Under the pieces are notes generated by a model that searched no databases, was not told where the DNA came from, and saw only the letters and a list, made by a program, of their open reading frames with translations. A program made the translations under genes and the position numbers. This document shows positions 1 through 8,726 of a stretch of DNA of 32,423 bases, in pieces. Position 1 is the stretch's first letter. Every line of letters begins with the position of its first letter. Origin of the DNA: Lentisphaerota bacterium (GTDB taxonomy: Bacteria; Verrucomicrobiota; Kiritimatiellia; UBA8416; JAFGTH01); assembly GCA_016934225.1 (NCBI GenBank), contig JAFGTH010000113.1:1-32423 (forward strand), given 5' to 3'.

Positions 1-435
1 CTCTCAGGTTGCGAATGGGATTTGGAGGAAACGGATGAGGAATCCGTGGGCAGCTCCGATTTCAACGGCATCATTTGGATGTACGGTCCGGATATTTCCG
101 GTTGGCCGCAAACAGTAACACTTACTGCCGAGGGCGGCGGTGAGGAAGTGACCTTGCACTATGATGTTATGCAGAATTGGGCGCCATCTCCGGGTTCGGA
201 TGTGAATGCAAATTGCTGGGTGGTTTTTGAGTTCCACGGCAAGAGATATGCGTCAACGTTCGATTATTTGCGTGTCGGACAGGCGGTAAAAGAATCGCCT
301 AACATTCCGACTCCAGATGGAATGTGGCGACCTTCGCGAGGCGAGACGGTAGGGTTCATGGTGTCCGGGATGTGCAGGAATGAACTTCGAACCGTGAACG
401 AGCGCAGCAATATTGCCTATTGCATATGGCAGTAA
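1..435 (+). CDS. Lipoprotein of unknown family, paralogue A (5' end runs off the window)
   Basis: Frame 1 is open from nt 1 (LSGCEWDLEETDEES...), so the TTG at nt 22 in the ORF track is probably internal. LSGC is a classic lipobox. A D/E-rich linker is followed by a ~115-aa domain that looks roughly two-thirds identical by eye to the next ORF. Stop TAA at 433-435. Confidence 0.7.
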   Translation, partial: LSGCEWDLEETDEESVGSSDFNGIIWMYGPDISGWPQTVTLTAEGGGEEVTLHYDVMQNWAPSPGSDVNANCWVVFEFHGKRYASTFDYLRVGQAVKESPNIPTPDGMWRPSRGETVGFMVSGMCRNELRTVNERSNIAYCIWQ

Positions 436-489
436 TATTCTTCGCGAGCTACATTTGAGATGTGTGCTGAAGAAACCGGAGGATGACAT

Positions 490-1029
490 ATGCGTGTAAA
501 TACCGGTTTGTGGATGTGCGCTTTGGCCCTTTTACTGGCGATCGGTTGCGAAGTTGATATTGAAGACTACGAAGACGAGATTGAGGAAGCTGAAGAAGAA
601 TATAATGCCGAAAATGACAGTTCTTCCGGAGGTGCGGATCCTGCGGAATTGGTCGGCATTACCTGGATATATGGATGCGACATATCAAGTTGGCCGAAAA
701 CAATTACACTCACTGCGGAGGGCGGGGGTCACTACGTTTATTTGCACTATGATGTGATGCAGAACTGGCCGCCGTGGAACAACAACGAATACAACGTGAA
801 CGGAAGTTGCTGGGTTGTATTCACTTACAATGGCGTCAAATACGCGTCCACATTTGACTATCTCAGGGTCGGACAAGTGAAAAAAGAGGCCCCGGTAATT
901 CCGACCCCGAGCGGAACATGGCGTCCTTCATCCGGCGAAACCGTAGGCTTCATGGTCTCTGGCATGGCCAGAGATGCTCGTCGTACAGTGAACGAGCGCA
1001 GCAATGTCTATTACACTATCTGGCAATAG
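490..1029 (+). CDS. Lipoprotein of unknown family, paralogue B
   Basis: ATG at 490 follows GGAGGA (478-483) with a 6-nt spacer. The signal peptide ends in the lipobox LLAIGC. An acidic linker (EVDIEDYEDEIEEAEEEYNAEND) follows. The conserved C-terminal domain shares these blocks with paralogue A: TLTAEGGG, LHYDVMQNW, CWVVF, YASTFDYLRVGQ, IPTP, GETVGFMVSGM, RTVNERSN, IWQ. Confidence 0.8.
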   Translation: MRVNTGLWMCALALLLAIGCEVDIEDYEDEIEEAEEEYNAENDSSSGGADPAELVGITWIYGCDISSWPKTITLTAEGGGHYVYLHYDVMQNWPPWNNNEYNVNGSCWVVFTYNGVKYASTFDYLRVGQVKKEAPVIPTPSGTWRPSSGETVGFMVSGMARDARRTVNERSNVYYTIWQ

Positions 1030-1189
1030 TATTACGCGCCTCGGAATATCAGCTTTGGCGTGTGTTTCAGGTGTTTTGACTGCGCTGTTTGTCAGTTCGA
1101 AATTCCGGACGGCGGGAGACGTTGGAGTCATGTTTCAAACAAGATAATAAACGTTGACACGCCGTAAACAAGCTGCAGTACCGGATGTT

Positions 1190-1981
1190 TCAATTTCCGG
1201 TTTGAGCATTATACGGGACAATATCCGGTTTCTTCTGAAATAGAATAATTATTCCCTGCATGGTTTCCGGACCTTCGAGACGAACGGCGCAGTTTCCGCA
1301 TCTGTTTTTTTGTAGCAGGTAGAAAAGCTTGTTCAGGCTGTAGACATTTTTTTGCATCAACGGATATGTAAACGGTTTGCCGTAAACAATGTTTGCAAAA
1401 TTGTGCAACAGCGGAACTTTTTTCCTAAGCATGCGCATAATTCTCAGAATCGGCGACAGCTCGGTATTGTAGAGGAAATGAAGCGCAGCCACACCGCGAG
1501 AGCTGAGCAGGTCAATCAATCGCGTGACGATATCTTGTCCTCTTTTTTCAGGAATATGCTGGAACACTATGAATGAGTGTATGAAATCGAATGTTCCAGA
1601 CACTCTCGACAATTGATCGTCCGATCGCACCCATTCGATATTATCAATTGCGTCGCCGCAATTTTTTCGCGCTTCGGCAAGCATCGCTTCGGAAACATCA
1701 ATGCCAACAACAGATTTGCACATGGTTGCCAGAGGAATAGTGCAACGACCGACCCCACAACCGAAATCAAGCGCTCGTTCAGGCGCGAATGAAGAATCAA
1801 CGTGCGTTCTAATTTCGCGGAACAGATATTCGACATGGTCTTTGCCGGTCTCGAAAAATTCCTCCAAGGCATGGTGATTGAGAAGGTCTTTATGAAACAT
1901 GTCATTGCTGACAACCCCGTAGTAAGGGTCCTTCTCGCCGAATTTTTGCCAGTCTTTATCCGGGTTATTAGAGAATATCAT
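1190..1981 (-). CDS. Class I SAM-dependent methyltransferase
   Basis: Motif I ALDFGCGVGRCTIPLA followed by VVGIDVSEAML. ATG at 1981 is preceded by GGAGG. Length of 263 aa is typical for the family. Confidence 0.8.
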   Translation of the reverse strand: MIFSNNPDKDWQKFGEKDPYYGVVSNDMFHKDLLNHHALEEFFETGKDHVEYLFREIRTHVDSSFAPERALDFGCGVGRCTIPLATMCKSVVGIDVSEAMLAEARKNCGDAIDNIEWVRSDDQLSRVSGTFDFIHSFIVFQHIPEKRGQDIVTRLIDLLSSRGVAALHFLYNTELSPILRIMRMLRKKVPLLHNFANIVYGKPFTYPLMQKNVYSLNKLFYLLQKNRCGNCAVRLEGPETMQGIIILFQKKPDIVPYNAQTGN

Positions 1982-2068
1982 TTGCCTCCAATCATGATGC
2001 TATAAACGGAACAGATTTATCATTAGTTAAGCCCGTAAGTCGAGGAGTTTCAACGACAAACCTGTTCG

Positions 2069-4726
2069 CTATTTGAGGCGAGTAAAGGTTGCTCCCCTTA
2101 TTCTAATGGGCGCAGCGCGGCTGTACGTGAACTCCATAGAAAGTGGCAAATTGTTTGTATGTTCGAAAACTGTCCGGGAAATCTGCGAAGATAGCACGGA
2201 GCAAGGACGCGAATTACCAAGCGTATCTGTTATGACCCAGTGACCCAAAAGCGTTTCTGGCGCGCTGGGGCTGTCGAAATCAAGAGAGATGTCGTATTGG
2301 CCAGCTTCAAACGGCAATCTGGGCCCGAAAAACACAAGCGAATCTGCTTCGTATTCAGGACGGAGAACAACGCTGCCGTCCCGCAGATCGGTATAGCCGG
2401 CATGAAAGAACGTCGCGCCTCGAAAAAATACGGATTGACCAATATCCGGCCACGACCAACGACCACCTATAAGAGTAAACATGTCCAGATCAACATTGCC
2501 GTTTGTTACGAGAAATTGCGGCATGGTTTTCTCCTGATGAGAAGGCAACGGCACGCGTAACCATTCCCATCCGTTCGTTGACAACCGGAGCGATAATGGT
2601 GCTCTGTCGTCTTCGCATCTGGTCACAAGCAAGGATCCGAAACCGCGCGCGCGCAAAAAAAGAGTTGGATCATCCGCATACATGTGCAGAAATGGCCGAC
2701 GAGCCGTGATACTTTGGCCGTTTGCAACGGATACATATTGTCCTGCGCTGGCAGTGATGTCGTCGCGCACGATCGCATTTGTAAAAGCCGTTTCTTCGCA
2801 TTCGATTCGAACCTTTGGAAACATAGGTGAATCAGTGAGTATTGGCGTCACCGTGCGAGCGTCTGTTCTTATTTTAAAAGCCCAGATGTTTTGTCCCTGT
2901 CGCAACAGATCCAGGCAGGGGTGATTCAGTAATCGGCTCAACGTCATGACAACCGGGTACGAACTGACTTTCTCCGGGAATGCATCCTCGTGCAGCAAGA
3001 TATAGTTTATGCCGCAAGACAGAAGCCAGTCGGCCTGTTCTTTTGATAACAGCCCGGCGTTTACGGATTCAAGGCGTTCAAAGACATTAGTCCTGTAGCT
3101 GTTGCTGACAAGCGGATTATAGCCATTCAGCATTCTGATTCGGTAGAGCGAAGCGTAATGCATATACAACGAGGACCAGTGGCAATCGCCTGGCCAGATG
3201 GGAATGGCCAGGGCGCGCGGAGGATTGGTAACACTCGTCGCGTCAAGCATGACGGCCTCGTAAGCGTCTTGTTGCGTATCCAGAACACAGATAGTCGGCC
3301 TTATTTGAAGTTTAAACACAGGGACAGCGATACAGAGAGGAATCGCTGCGAGAAGAGCACACCGTTTAAATGTATTCGAAACAATGCCGGACGAAACGGG
3401 AGAATTCATCGGCGTTTGCGCTTTGTGATGAACCAATAGTTCCACAATATCCAGAGATGCAATCATTGCCAGAAGCGATAAGAGAGAGGGAAGTATGGCA
3501 AAAGCCTTGCCCGTCTGTCGGATCATGTTAAATCCGGGTATGCACTTGCGCGCAAATCTGAAAACTACAGCATCAAACGGTCCGTGTGGACCCAGGGCCA
3601 ACAAAACGATAAACACGACCTGGGCATATATCAACGCGGTGACAAGTCGTTTTTGTATATTTATCCGCGGATGCTTGACAATATCAACCAACAGAAATAA
3701 CACATGCGCAATGAGAAGTAACGGGATTGTGTAACCAATGAAAATCTGACCGTTGATGCCTTTTCCACGCCAATCAGTCAGGCCGTTTGATCGCGGTGAG
3801 AACGCGGCCACTTCTCCAATGTTTCGTCCGGCATCCATATTCGTGTCGGTGAAAGCGGTCATGCGTACGATGAGCGCAAGTACAAATATTCCGGCAGCGA
3901 CAACAGCAAACGGCAGAATGCTCTTTATTGCGGAAGACCAGAACCGTGTACTCCGCCATACATATTCATCACGACCCGCAAAACCGAGCAAATACCAGAC
4001 CGGTACGAACAATATTCCAAAGAAGAAGATGTGAAGATCGTTCCAGTACGAACAGGCGAGCCCGACCGCAGCCAGCAAGCTCCCCCAGCGAGAATCGTAA
4101 CGTCCGGCAATGAATAGACCATATATCATTGTCGGGACCCACAGCATTGCATTCCCTGTTGGACTGCCTCCAAGCAATACGATCCATCGGTATGGCAGGG
4201 TAACGGACAAAACGGCAAAAAGACCGGCTAGGCATTGTTGTTTTGTGAATTGCATTAATATGAACCATGTCAGGAGATAAGTAAGCCAGAGTGCTACAAA
4301 AGCAGTAATGTTCCATCCGAAAGCGCGTCCGCCGAGAAACCTGCCTATGGTATAAACGAAAGTAAATGGTGTGTCGTAGTTTCGTATGTGCAACCGTTCG
4401 GAGTCGTTGCCGGAGTTAAATTGGTAGAGATCATGGCACAATGGTGTTTTGTTTATCGCCATGTCGCTGAAAAGCCAATAGAAATAGTGAAGTTGCAGAT
4501 GGTCGCCTGCCAGCATGCGCCGAACATGTCCCTTTTCCACATTGTCGGCAGATGACGGAATGCCTTGCAGAATATAACGAGGCAATGGCCATGAGAATAG
4601 ACCCCATATCAACAGGGCTACGGGAATCGAGATAAGCGTTATGCGTCTGGCCGGTATTGACACATGCATCTTTCTTTTTCTTTGCGCCTTGGAACAACGG
4701 CTGAAAAAGCGTTCTATGGCCGACAA
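2069..4726 (-). CDS. Large polytopic membrane protein with C-terminal extracytoplasmic domain; possible GT-C-type (ArnT/PMT/YfhO-like) glycosyltransferase
   Basis: 885-aa ORF. About a dozen hydrophobic segments lie between aa ~25 and ~480, followed by a ~400-aa soluble beta-rich region. An acidic motif (LAGDHLQLHYFYWLF) sits just after TM1, where GT-C enzymes carry a catalytic Asp. The track start at 4726 is a TTG; an ATG at 4669 (MHVSIPARR...) is an alternative start. The family assignment is inference only. Confidence 0.6.
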   Translation of the reverse strand: MSAIERFFSRCSKAQRKRKMHVSIPARRITLISIPVALLIWGLFSWPLPRYILQGIPSSADNVEKGHVRRMLAGDHLQLHYFYWLFSDMAINKTPLCHDLYQFNSGNDSERLHIRNYDTPFTFVYTIGRFLGGRAFGWNITAFVALWLTYLLTWFILMQFTKQQCLAGLFAVLSVTLPYRWIVLLGGSPTGNAMLWVPTMIYGLFIAGRYDSRWGSLLAAVGLACSYWNDLHIFFFGILFVPVWYLLGFAGRDEYVWRSTRFWSSAIKSILPFAVVAAGIFVLALIVRMTAFTDTNMDAGRNIGEVAAFSPRSNGLTDWRGKGINGQIFIGYTIPLLLIAHVLFLLVDIVKHPRINIQKRLVTALIYAQVVFIVLLALGPHGPFDAVVFRFARKCIPGFNMIRQTGKAFAILPSLLSLLAMIASLDIVELLVHHKAQTPMNSPVSSGIVSNTFKRCALLAAIPLCIAVPVFKLQIRPTICVLDTQQDAYEAVMLDATSVTNPPRALAIPIWPGDCHWSSLYMHYASLYRIRMLNGYNPLVSNSYRTNVFERLESVNAGLLSKEQADWLLSCGINYILLHEDAFPEKVSSYPVVMTLSRLLNHPCLDLLRQGQNIWAFKIRTDARTVTPILTDSPMFPKVRIECEETAFTNAIVRDDITASAGQYVSVANGQSITARRPFLHMYADDPTLFLRARGFGSLLVTRCEDDRAPLSLRLSTNGWEWLRVPLPSHQEKTMPQFLVTNGNVDLDMFTLIGGRWSWPDIGQSVFFRGATFFHAGYTDLRDGSVVLRPEYEADSLVFFGPRLPFEAGQYDISLDFDSPSAPETLLGHWVITDTLGNSRPCSVLSSQISRTVFEHTNNLPLSMEFTYSRAAPIRIRGATFTRLK

Positions 4727-4798
4727 TTGCTAATGCTGCCAAGGCTGATTGCTATGCGCGACCATAACAGAACATTTAAATAGACTATGAGTCATAAA

Positions 4799-4822
4799 CA
4801 ACCTTGAAGTCAACCTTGAAGT
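4799..4822. repeat. Perfect tandem direct repeat, 2 x 12 bp (caaccttgaagt)
   Basis: Read directly: caaccttgaagt at 4799-4810 and again at 4811-4822. It lies in the 221-bp spacer between the SGNH gene stop (4948) and the start of the 885-aa gene (4726). Confidence 0.9.
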
Positions 4823-4875
4823 TGATCATGGCGTATGAGTACAAGGTTTGGAAATACCGCACGAGTTTCAGGATT

Positions 4876-4892
4876 GCGGTTTTCAAAACCGC
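4876..4892 (-). terminator. Palindromic 17-mer hairpin (gcggttttcaaaaccgc) downstream of the SGNH gene; possible intercistronic terminator or stability element
   Basis: GCGGTTTT/AAAACCGC are perfect complements around one central base, which in practice gives a 6-bp stem and 5-nt loop. It lies 56 nt past the SGNH stop codon on the minus strand. No clean U-tract follows, so terminator function is uncertain. Confidence 0.25.
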
Positions 4893-4947
4893 TAAAATGT
4901 GCGTGCCGGTTGTGGCAATTGGCGTAATCCGATTCGATATGACGCTG

Positions 4948-5988
4948 TTACCTGGTCTGTTCTGTAATGAGGTTGGTCAGCAGCATCGCGGCATGGTGAT
5001 GCCCTTCGCTGTTCCAGTGCCCGTCACGTGGGAAGTATTGCCGAGCGACAAAACTGCTTCGCCAATCAAACAGGTCTATTCCGGCAGAACGGCATTGCGA
5101 TTCAATTTCGTTCCAGCAACGGAATTGGGCCGTACCTTTAGTCTCGTCAAGCAAAGGAAAGGCAACAACGATAAAGCGAGCGCCGGTCGAGACGCAATCT
5201 GATTGCCATGCTTTGAATATGGCCACTAGCGTCGGTACTGTATCTGCCAGGTTTCGGATCTTGCGGTGGCGCTTGTAAACGCCTTCAAAAATATGTTTTT
5301 GGAACCATGTGTTCCGGCCAATGACGGATGCCATGCGTTTCGTCAAAATAAGCGTCTGTGCCGCGTGCCATGTTTTATCCATCCAGGTAAGGGACGGAGT
5401 TTGGGCTTGAGCCTCGAGCAAATTTGCGGGTTGTATGATAGAAAGACGATTGTCCTGTAAATGTATGTATGGACGCGGATGCCCGTGCGCCCAACGATCC
5501 GCCATGTCACGCAGATCGGTATCGTTCAAAAAACAAACGACAATTTGAGCAGATTTTACGGTTTCATCGGTTTGATACAGCAACCACGCCTGATCCGGCG
5601 CGTATCCGGTAATGCCGCGGTTCAGTACAGGTTTGGCAAGCGCGTGTTCGGCAATATCCGTTAATCGTTCGTCTTGATTGACTCCATATCCCCAGACGAA
5701 GGAATCTCCATATACTGCGACGGATCCGGTAAATATTGCGCGTTCGCGGTCACGATAACCAAGCGCATTATTAGTCACAAAGAAATGCGATTCCGGCATG
5801 GTAAAATAGCCATTTGCGTTTGCCAACCCGCGCCATCCCAGAACCGGATCTGTAGTATAAAACATTGTAAATTCGTCGTCCGGTTTAGCTGTCGGTTTTT
5901 CAATGATTTGCAGGAATATTTCGACTGCGAAGAGACTTGCCGAAGCGGATATGAACAAAAGCGCAAATTTTTTGGTCCGTTGTTTCAT
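4948..5988 (-). CDS. Membrane-anchored SGNH/GDSL-family hydrolase or O-acetyl-handling enzyme
   Basis: N-terminal signal anchor (KKFALLFISASASLFAVEIFLQII). Block I is VAVYGDSFVWGYGV (the GDS motif). The C-terminal block is PRDGHWNSEGHHHAA (DxxH-type). It sits inside a glycan locus. Confidence 0.7.
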   Translation of the reverse strand: MKQRTKKFALLFISASASLFAVEIFLQIIEKPTAKPDDEFTMFYTTDPVLGWRGLANANGYFTMPESHFFVTNNALGYRDRERAIFTGSVAVYGDSFVWGYGVNQDERLTDIAEHALAKPVLNRGITGYAPDQAWLLYQTDETVKSAQIVVCFLNDTDLRDMADRWAHGHPRPYIHLQDNRLSIIQPANLLEAQAQTPSLTWMDKTWHAAQTLILTKRMASVIGRNTWFQKHIFEGVYKRHRKIRNLADTVPTLVAIFKAWQSDCVSTGARFIVVAFPLLDETKGTAQFRCWNEIESQCRSAGIDLFDWRSSFVARQYFPRDGHWNSEGHHHAAMLLTNLITEQTR

Positions 5989-6084
5989 TAATTCATGATC
6001 CGGAATCCGCGTGATCCTGTCAAGCGGAGCATGCGCCGTACATCGTGAAACTAAAAGCGAATTGATTTTGCCGATTGAGCTCAG

Positions 6085-7587
6085 TTATGTCTGCCCATTA
6101 GAAACAAACGTTTTAATCTGTTGCGACGGAGAATTGTGGCGTGCTTGTCGAAAAACAGATTCCACGATGCGGGTTAATTCCGACCATTTTATAATATGCA
6201 GTGCCGACAGAACCGTCAGATACAGGACTGAAGATATGGCGAAGAGCAGTATTGCATTACGAAGTCGGACATCAAACGCCAAGCCAATAACAAAACACGC
6301 CCCAATCAAAAGCGGTTTTACGAAATTGGCAATGGTCGTGAGAAGATGTCTCCGGTACCTGGCAGTAAAGAACATCGCGAGTATAAAATATCCGACAAGA
6401 GTGGCCCAGCCAGCCCCGATTGCGCCTATGTGTGGAATCAGTATGAGGCACACAAGCGCCATGCCGATAATCCCGAATGTGACACCGGATGTATATGCAT
6501 TCGGCTTTTTTTCGAGGATGGCGTAGTTCATGCCCATGTAGCATACAAGTCCGGGCGCCATCGCTAGAACCATTACCAGCACTACAGAATAGGTGGGCGC
6601 GAAGTCGGATCCAAGACAGATCTCAATGGACGGCTTGCCGAGCCAAACGAGCATATTGAAGACCAAGGCTATTATTACCCCGCAATAGGTCAGAACGCTG
6701 CCATGCCACCGATGTATAGTCTCCTGCTCATTGTCAACGTGTAGCTTCGTCATGGAAGGCAGAAGAGTCATCAGTATGAGCCCGAGGAAATTCAGACTCA
6801 TCAGGGAAAATTGACTGGCAATATCGAAATGCCCAACTGATTCCGGACTATCGGTGATGAACTGAATAAACACATTTCCCGATCGTTGCAATATTCCAAA
6901 CAGGAGAATGGGAACATAAAATTGAAAGCCGAAGACAAGATATTTCTTCATGTCCGACCAAGGGAGAAAACGCCGTGGCAGAAGATAGTCTTTAACCCAT
7001 GGAATGACGATGATTGTCAATACTATCTCGCGCAGAACCATAGCCCAGATTGCGCCGATTAGGCCGAACAAACTGTAGAAAATTACAACATTTACAAATG
7101 AGAACATACTCCTTAACACGTCGCGGGATGAATATCGCGCAATGTGATTGAGCCCGTAGAGAAAGGAAAACAATACGCTCTCGATTCTGGTGACAAAAAG
7201 CAAAATACAGAGCGGTCCGAGCCATATGTTCGGCAGGCTGTCGAAGGGATGAATATAGACCACGAGAGACAGAATGGTAGCAAGTGTGACTGTTAGAACA
7301 ATCCCGAACACCAGAACACCGGCGAGCAGTTGGCGTCGGTGTTCGTGATGCTCGTCACTTTCATCGCCTGGGACAAAACGACCAAAGATCTGGATAATGC
7401 TAACATCGGTGAGCATATCGGCGAGCAGGTATACCGACGAGAAGAATGCATACCGCCCGTACATGAAATCACCCATAATTCGTGGTATTATCGTCACGGA
7501 CAGTAGAACGAACGGCCACCGCAAAAGGCGGAAAATAGCGCCCAGAGAAACTGTTCGCATTGCATATTGCGACTCAGAAGAATTCAT
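6085..7587 (-). CDS. Polysaccharide/oligosaccharide flippase (Wzx-like, MOP superfamily)
   Basis: 500 aa and almost entirely hydrophobic helices (about 12-14 TM). The start overlaps the upstream GT4 stop as ATGA (7584-7587). Context is a glycan locus. Confidence 0.7.
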   Translation of the reverse strand: MNSSESQYAMRTVSLGAIFRLLRWPFVLLSVTIIPRIMGDFMYGRYAFFSSVYLLADMLTDVSIIQIFGRFVPGDESDEHHEHRRQLLAGVLVFGIVLTVTLATILSLVVYIHPFDSLPNIWLGPLCILLFVTRIESVLFSFLYGLNHIARYSSRDVLRSMFSFVNVVIFYSLFGLIGAIWAMVLREIVLTIIVIPWVKDYLLPRRFLPWSDMKKYLVFGFQFYVPILLFGILQRSGNVFIQFITDSPESVGHFDIASQFSLMSLNFLGLILMTLLPSMTKLHVDNEQETIHRWHGSVLTYCGVIIALVFNMLVWLGKPSIEICLGSDFAPTYSVVLVMVLAMAPGLVCYMGMNYAILEKKPNAYTSGVTFGIIGMALVCLILIPHIGAIGAGWATLVGYFILAMFFTARYRRHLLTTIANFVKPLLIGACFVIGLAFDVRLRNAILLFAISSVLYLTVLSALHIIKWSELTRIVESVFRQARHNSPSQQIKTFVSNGQT

Positions 7588-8708
7588 ATACTGTGCAAAG
7601 CCTCAAGCGTGTCTCCGGCACAACGTTCCCATGTGAAGTATTTTGCTCTGACTAGACATTTGGCGGCATATTCGGCGCGCAATGATTCGTCATTGTAGAG
7701 TTTTTCCAGCGCGTCTGCCATTTCTTTCGGTTTGAACGGATCAACGGTTATTCCCGCATCCCCTACATTTTCAGGCAGCGCTCCGGTATTCGAAACTACA
7801 GGAGGGCACCCGCATGCCATTGCTTCGCAAGATGGAATGCCGAACTCCTCATATACGGACGGGAAGAACATGCATGTCGCGAGATTGTAAAATGCCGGCA
7901 ACTCGGTGTGTTCCACCCAGCCTGTGAATAAAACATCGTCACAAATACGGTCATCACGCAGCCTGTACTCATCAATATACTTCTCACAGCCTATTCCGAT
8001 AACCACAAGTTTGCATGGTATTCGCGCGCGCAGGATTCTGAATGCGGCAATCAGGTTCTTGAAGTTCTTACGCGGATCATGCTTAATTACTGAAAGGATA
8101 AACTTTTCCGGCAAACGGTACTTGGCCTTGATGCGCTCAAGCGCTGACTGGTCTTCTATGACTCTGAAACTGTTGTCTGTGCCAAGTGGTATTGTTCTGA
8201 TCTTCTCGCGTGGAACGTGAAGCAGTTGAACGAAGTCATTCGTTGTAAGTTGTGAATTCGACAGGATTAGATCGGCCTTGCGGCAGTAGAGCGGCATCAT
8301 GGCTCGGATATACATGATGTCCAGACGTTTATAAAGGTGCGGATGTACGAACCAACTTGCGCCATGGATGGTCATAACCGTCTTGCAATTTGCAAGGAAA
8401 GGGACAGTAAATTTGGTGTGAAACAGGAGATCCAGATTCTCTCGTTTTGCCATACCCGGTATGATTATCTGATCCCATAGCGCTTTGTTGCGTACGGGCA
8501 CAACCGTTTCCTTGACGTTGTTATATTGCGCATAGCGACCGTAGAATGACGGATTACCGTAGAATAGGACATATTCATTTGTTTGGTCTATTGCGAGCAG
8601 CTTGTCTATGAGATTTGTGCTGTATATGCCGATACCTTGCCTTTCATCCATAGCCCTGAGCATGACACCTATTCGTTTCATTTCATTGGTCTTTTCGGTA
8701 TGCGGCAT
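7584..8708 (-). CDS. Glycosyltransferase family 4 (GT-B fold)
   Basis: C-terminal EX7E-type motif EEFGIPSCEAMACGCPPVVSNTGALPENVGDAGITVDP. Length of 374 aa is typical. Confidence 0.85.
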   Translation of the reverse strand: MPHTEKTNEMKRIGVMLRAMDERQGIGIYSTNLIDKLLAIDQTNEYVLFYGNPSFYGRYAQYNNVKETVVPVRNKALWDQIIIPGMAKRENLDLLFHTKFTVPFLANCKTVMTIHGASWFVHPHLYKRLDIMYIRAMMPLYCRKADLILSNSQLTTNDFVQLLHVPREKIRTIPLGTDNSFRVIEDQSALERIKAKYRLPEKFILSVIKHDPRKNFKNLIAAFRILRARIPCKLVVIGIGCEKYIDEYRLRDDRICDDVLFTGWVEHTELPAFYNLATCMFFPSVYEEFGIPSCEAMACGCPPVVSNTGALPENVGDAGITVDPFKPKEMADALEKLYNDESLRAEYAAKCLVRAKYFTWERCAGDTLEALHSI

Positions 8709-8726
8709 TAAAACGACCGAGAATTT

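Noticed and set aside
1034-1063. Possible intrinsic terminator after lipoprotein gene B (acgcgcc ... ggcgtgt)
   Set aside because: The 7-bp stem includes a G-U pair, the loop is 16 nt, and the downstream T-run is interrupted. This is too weak to call.
4804-5202. 132-aa plus-strand ORF starting in the 4727-4947 spacer
   Set aside because: Two-thirds of it overlaps the SGNH gene on the opposite strand. It starts with a non-ATG codon inside the tandem repeat and has no Shine-Dalgarno sequence or motifs. The spacer is better explained as regulatory.
6011-6526. 171-aa plus-strand ORF opposite the 3' part of the flippase gene
   Set aside because: It overlaps the Wzx-like gene almost completely. 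It has no motifs and no ribosome-binding site. The minus-strand membrane protein explains the region.
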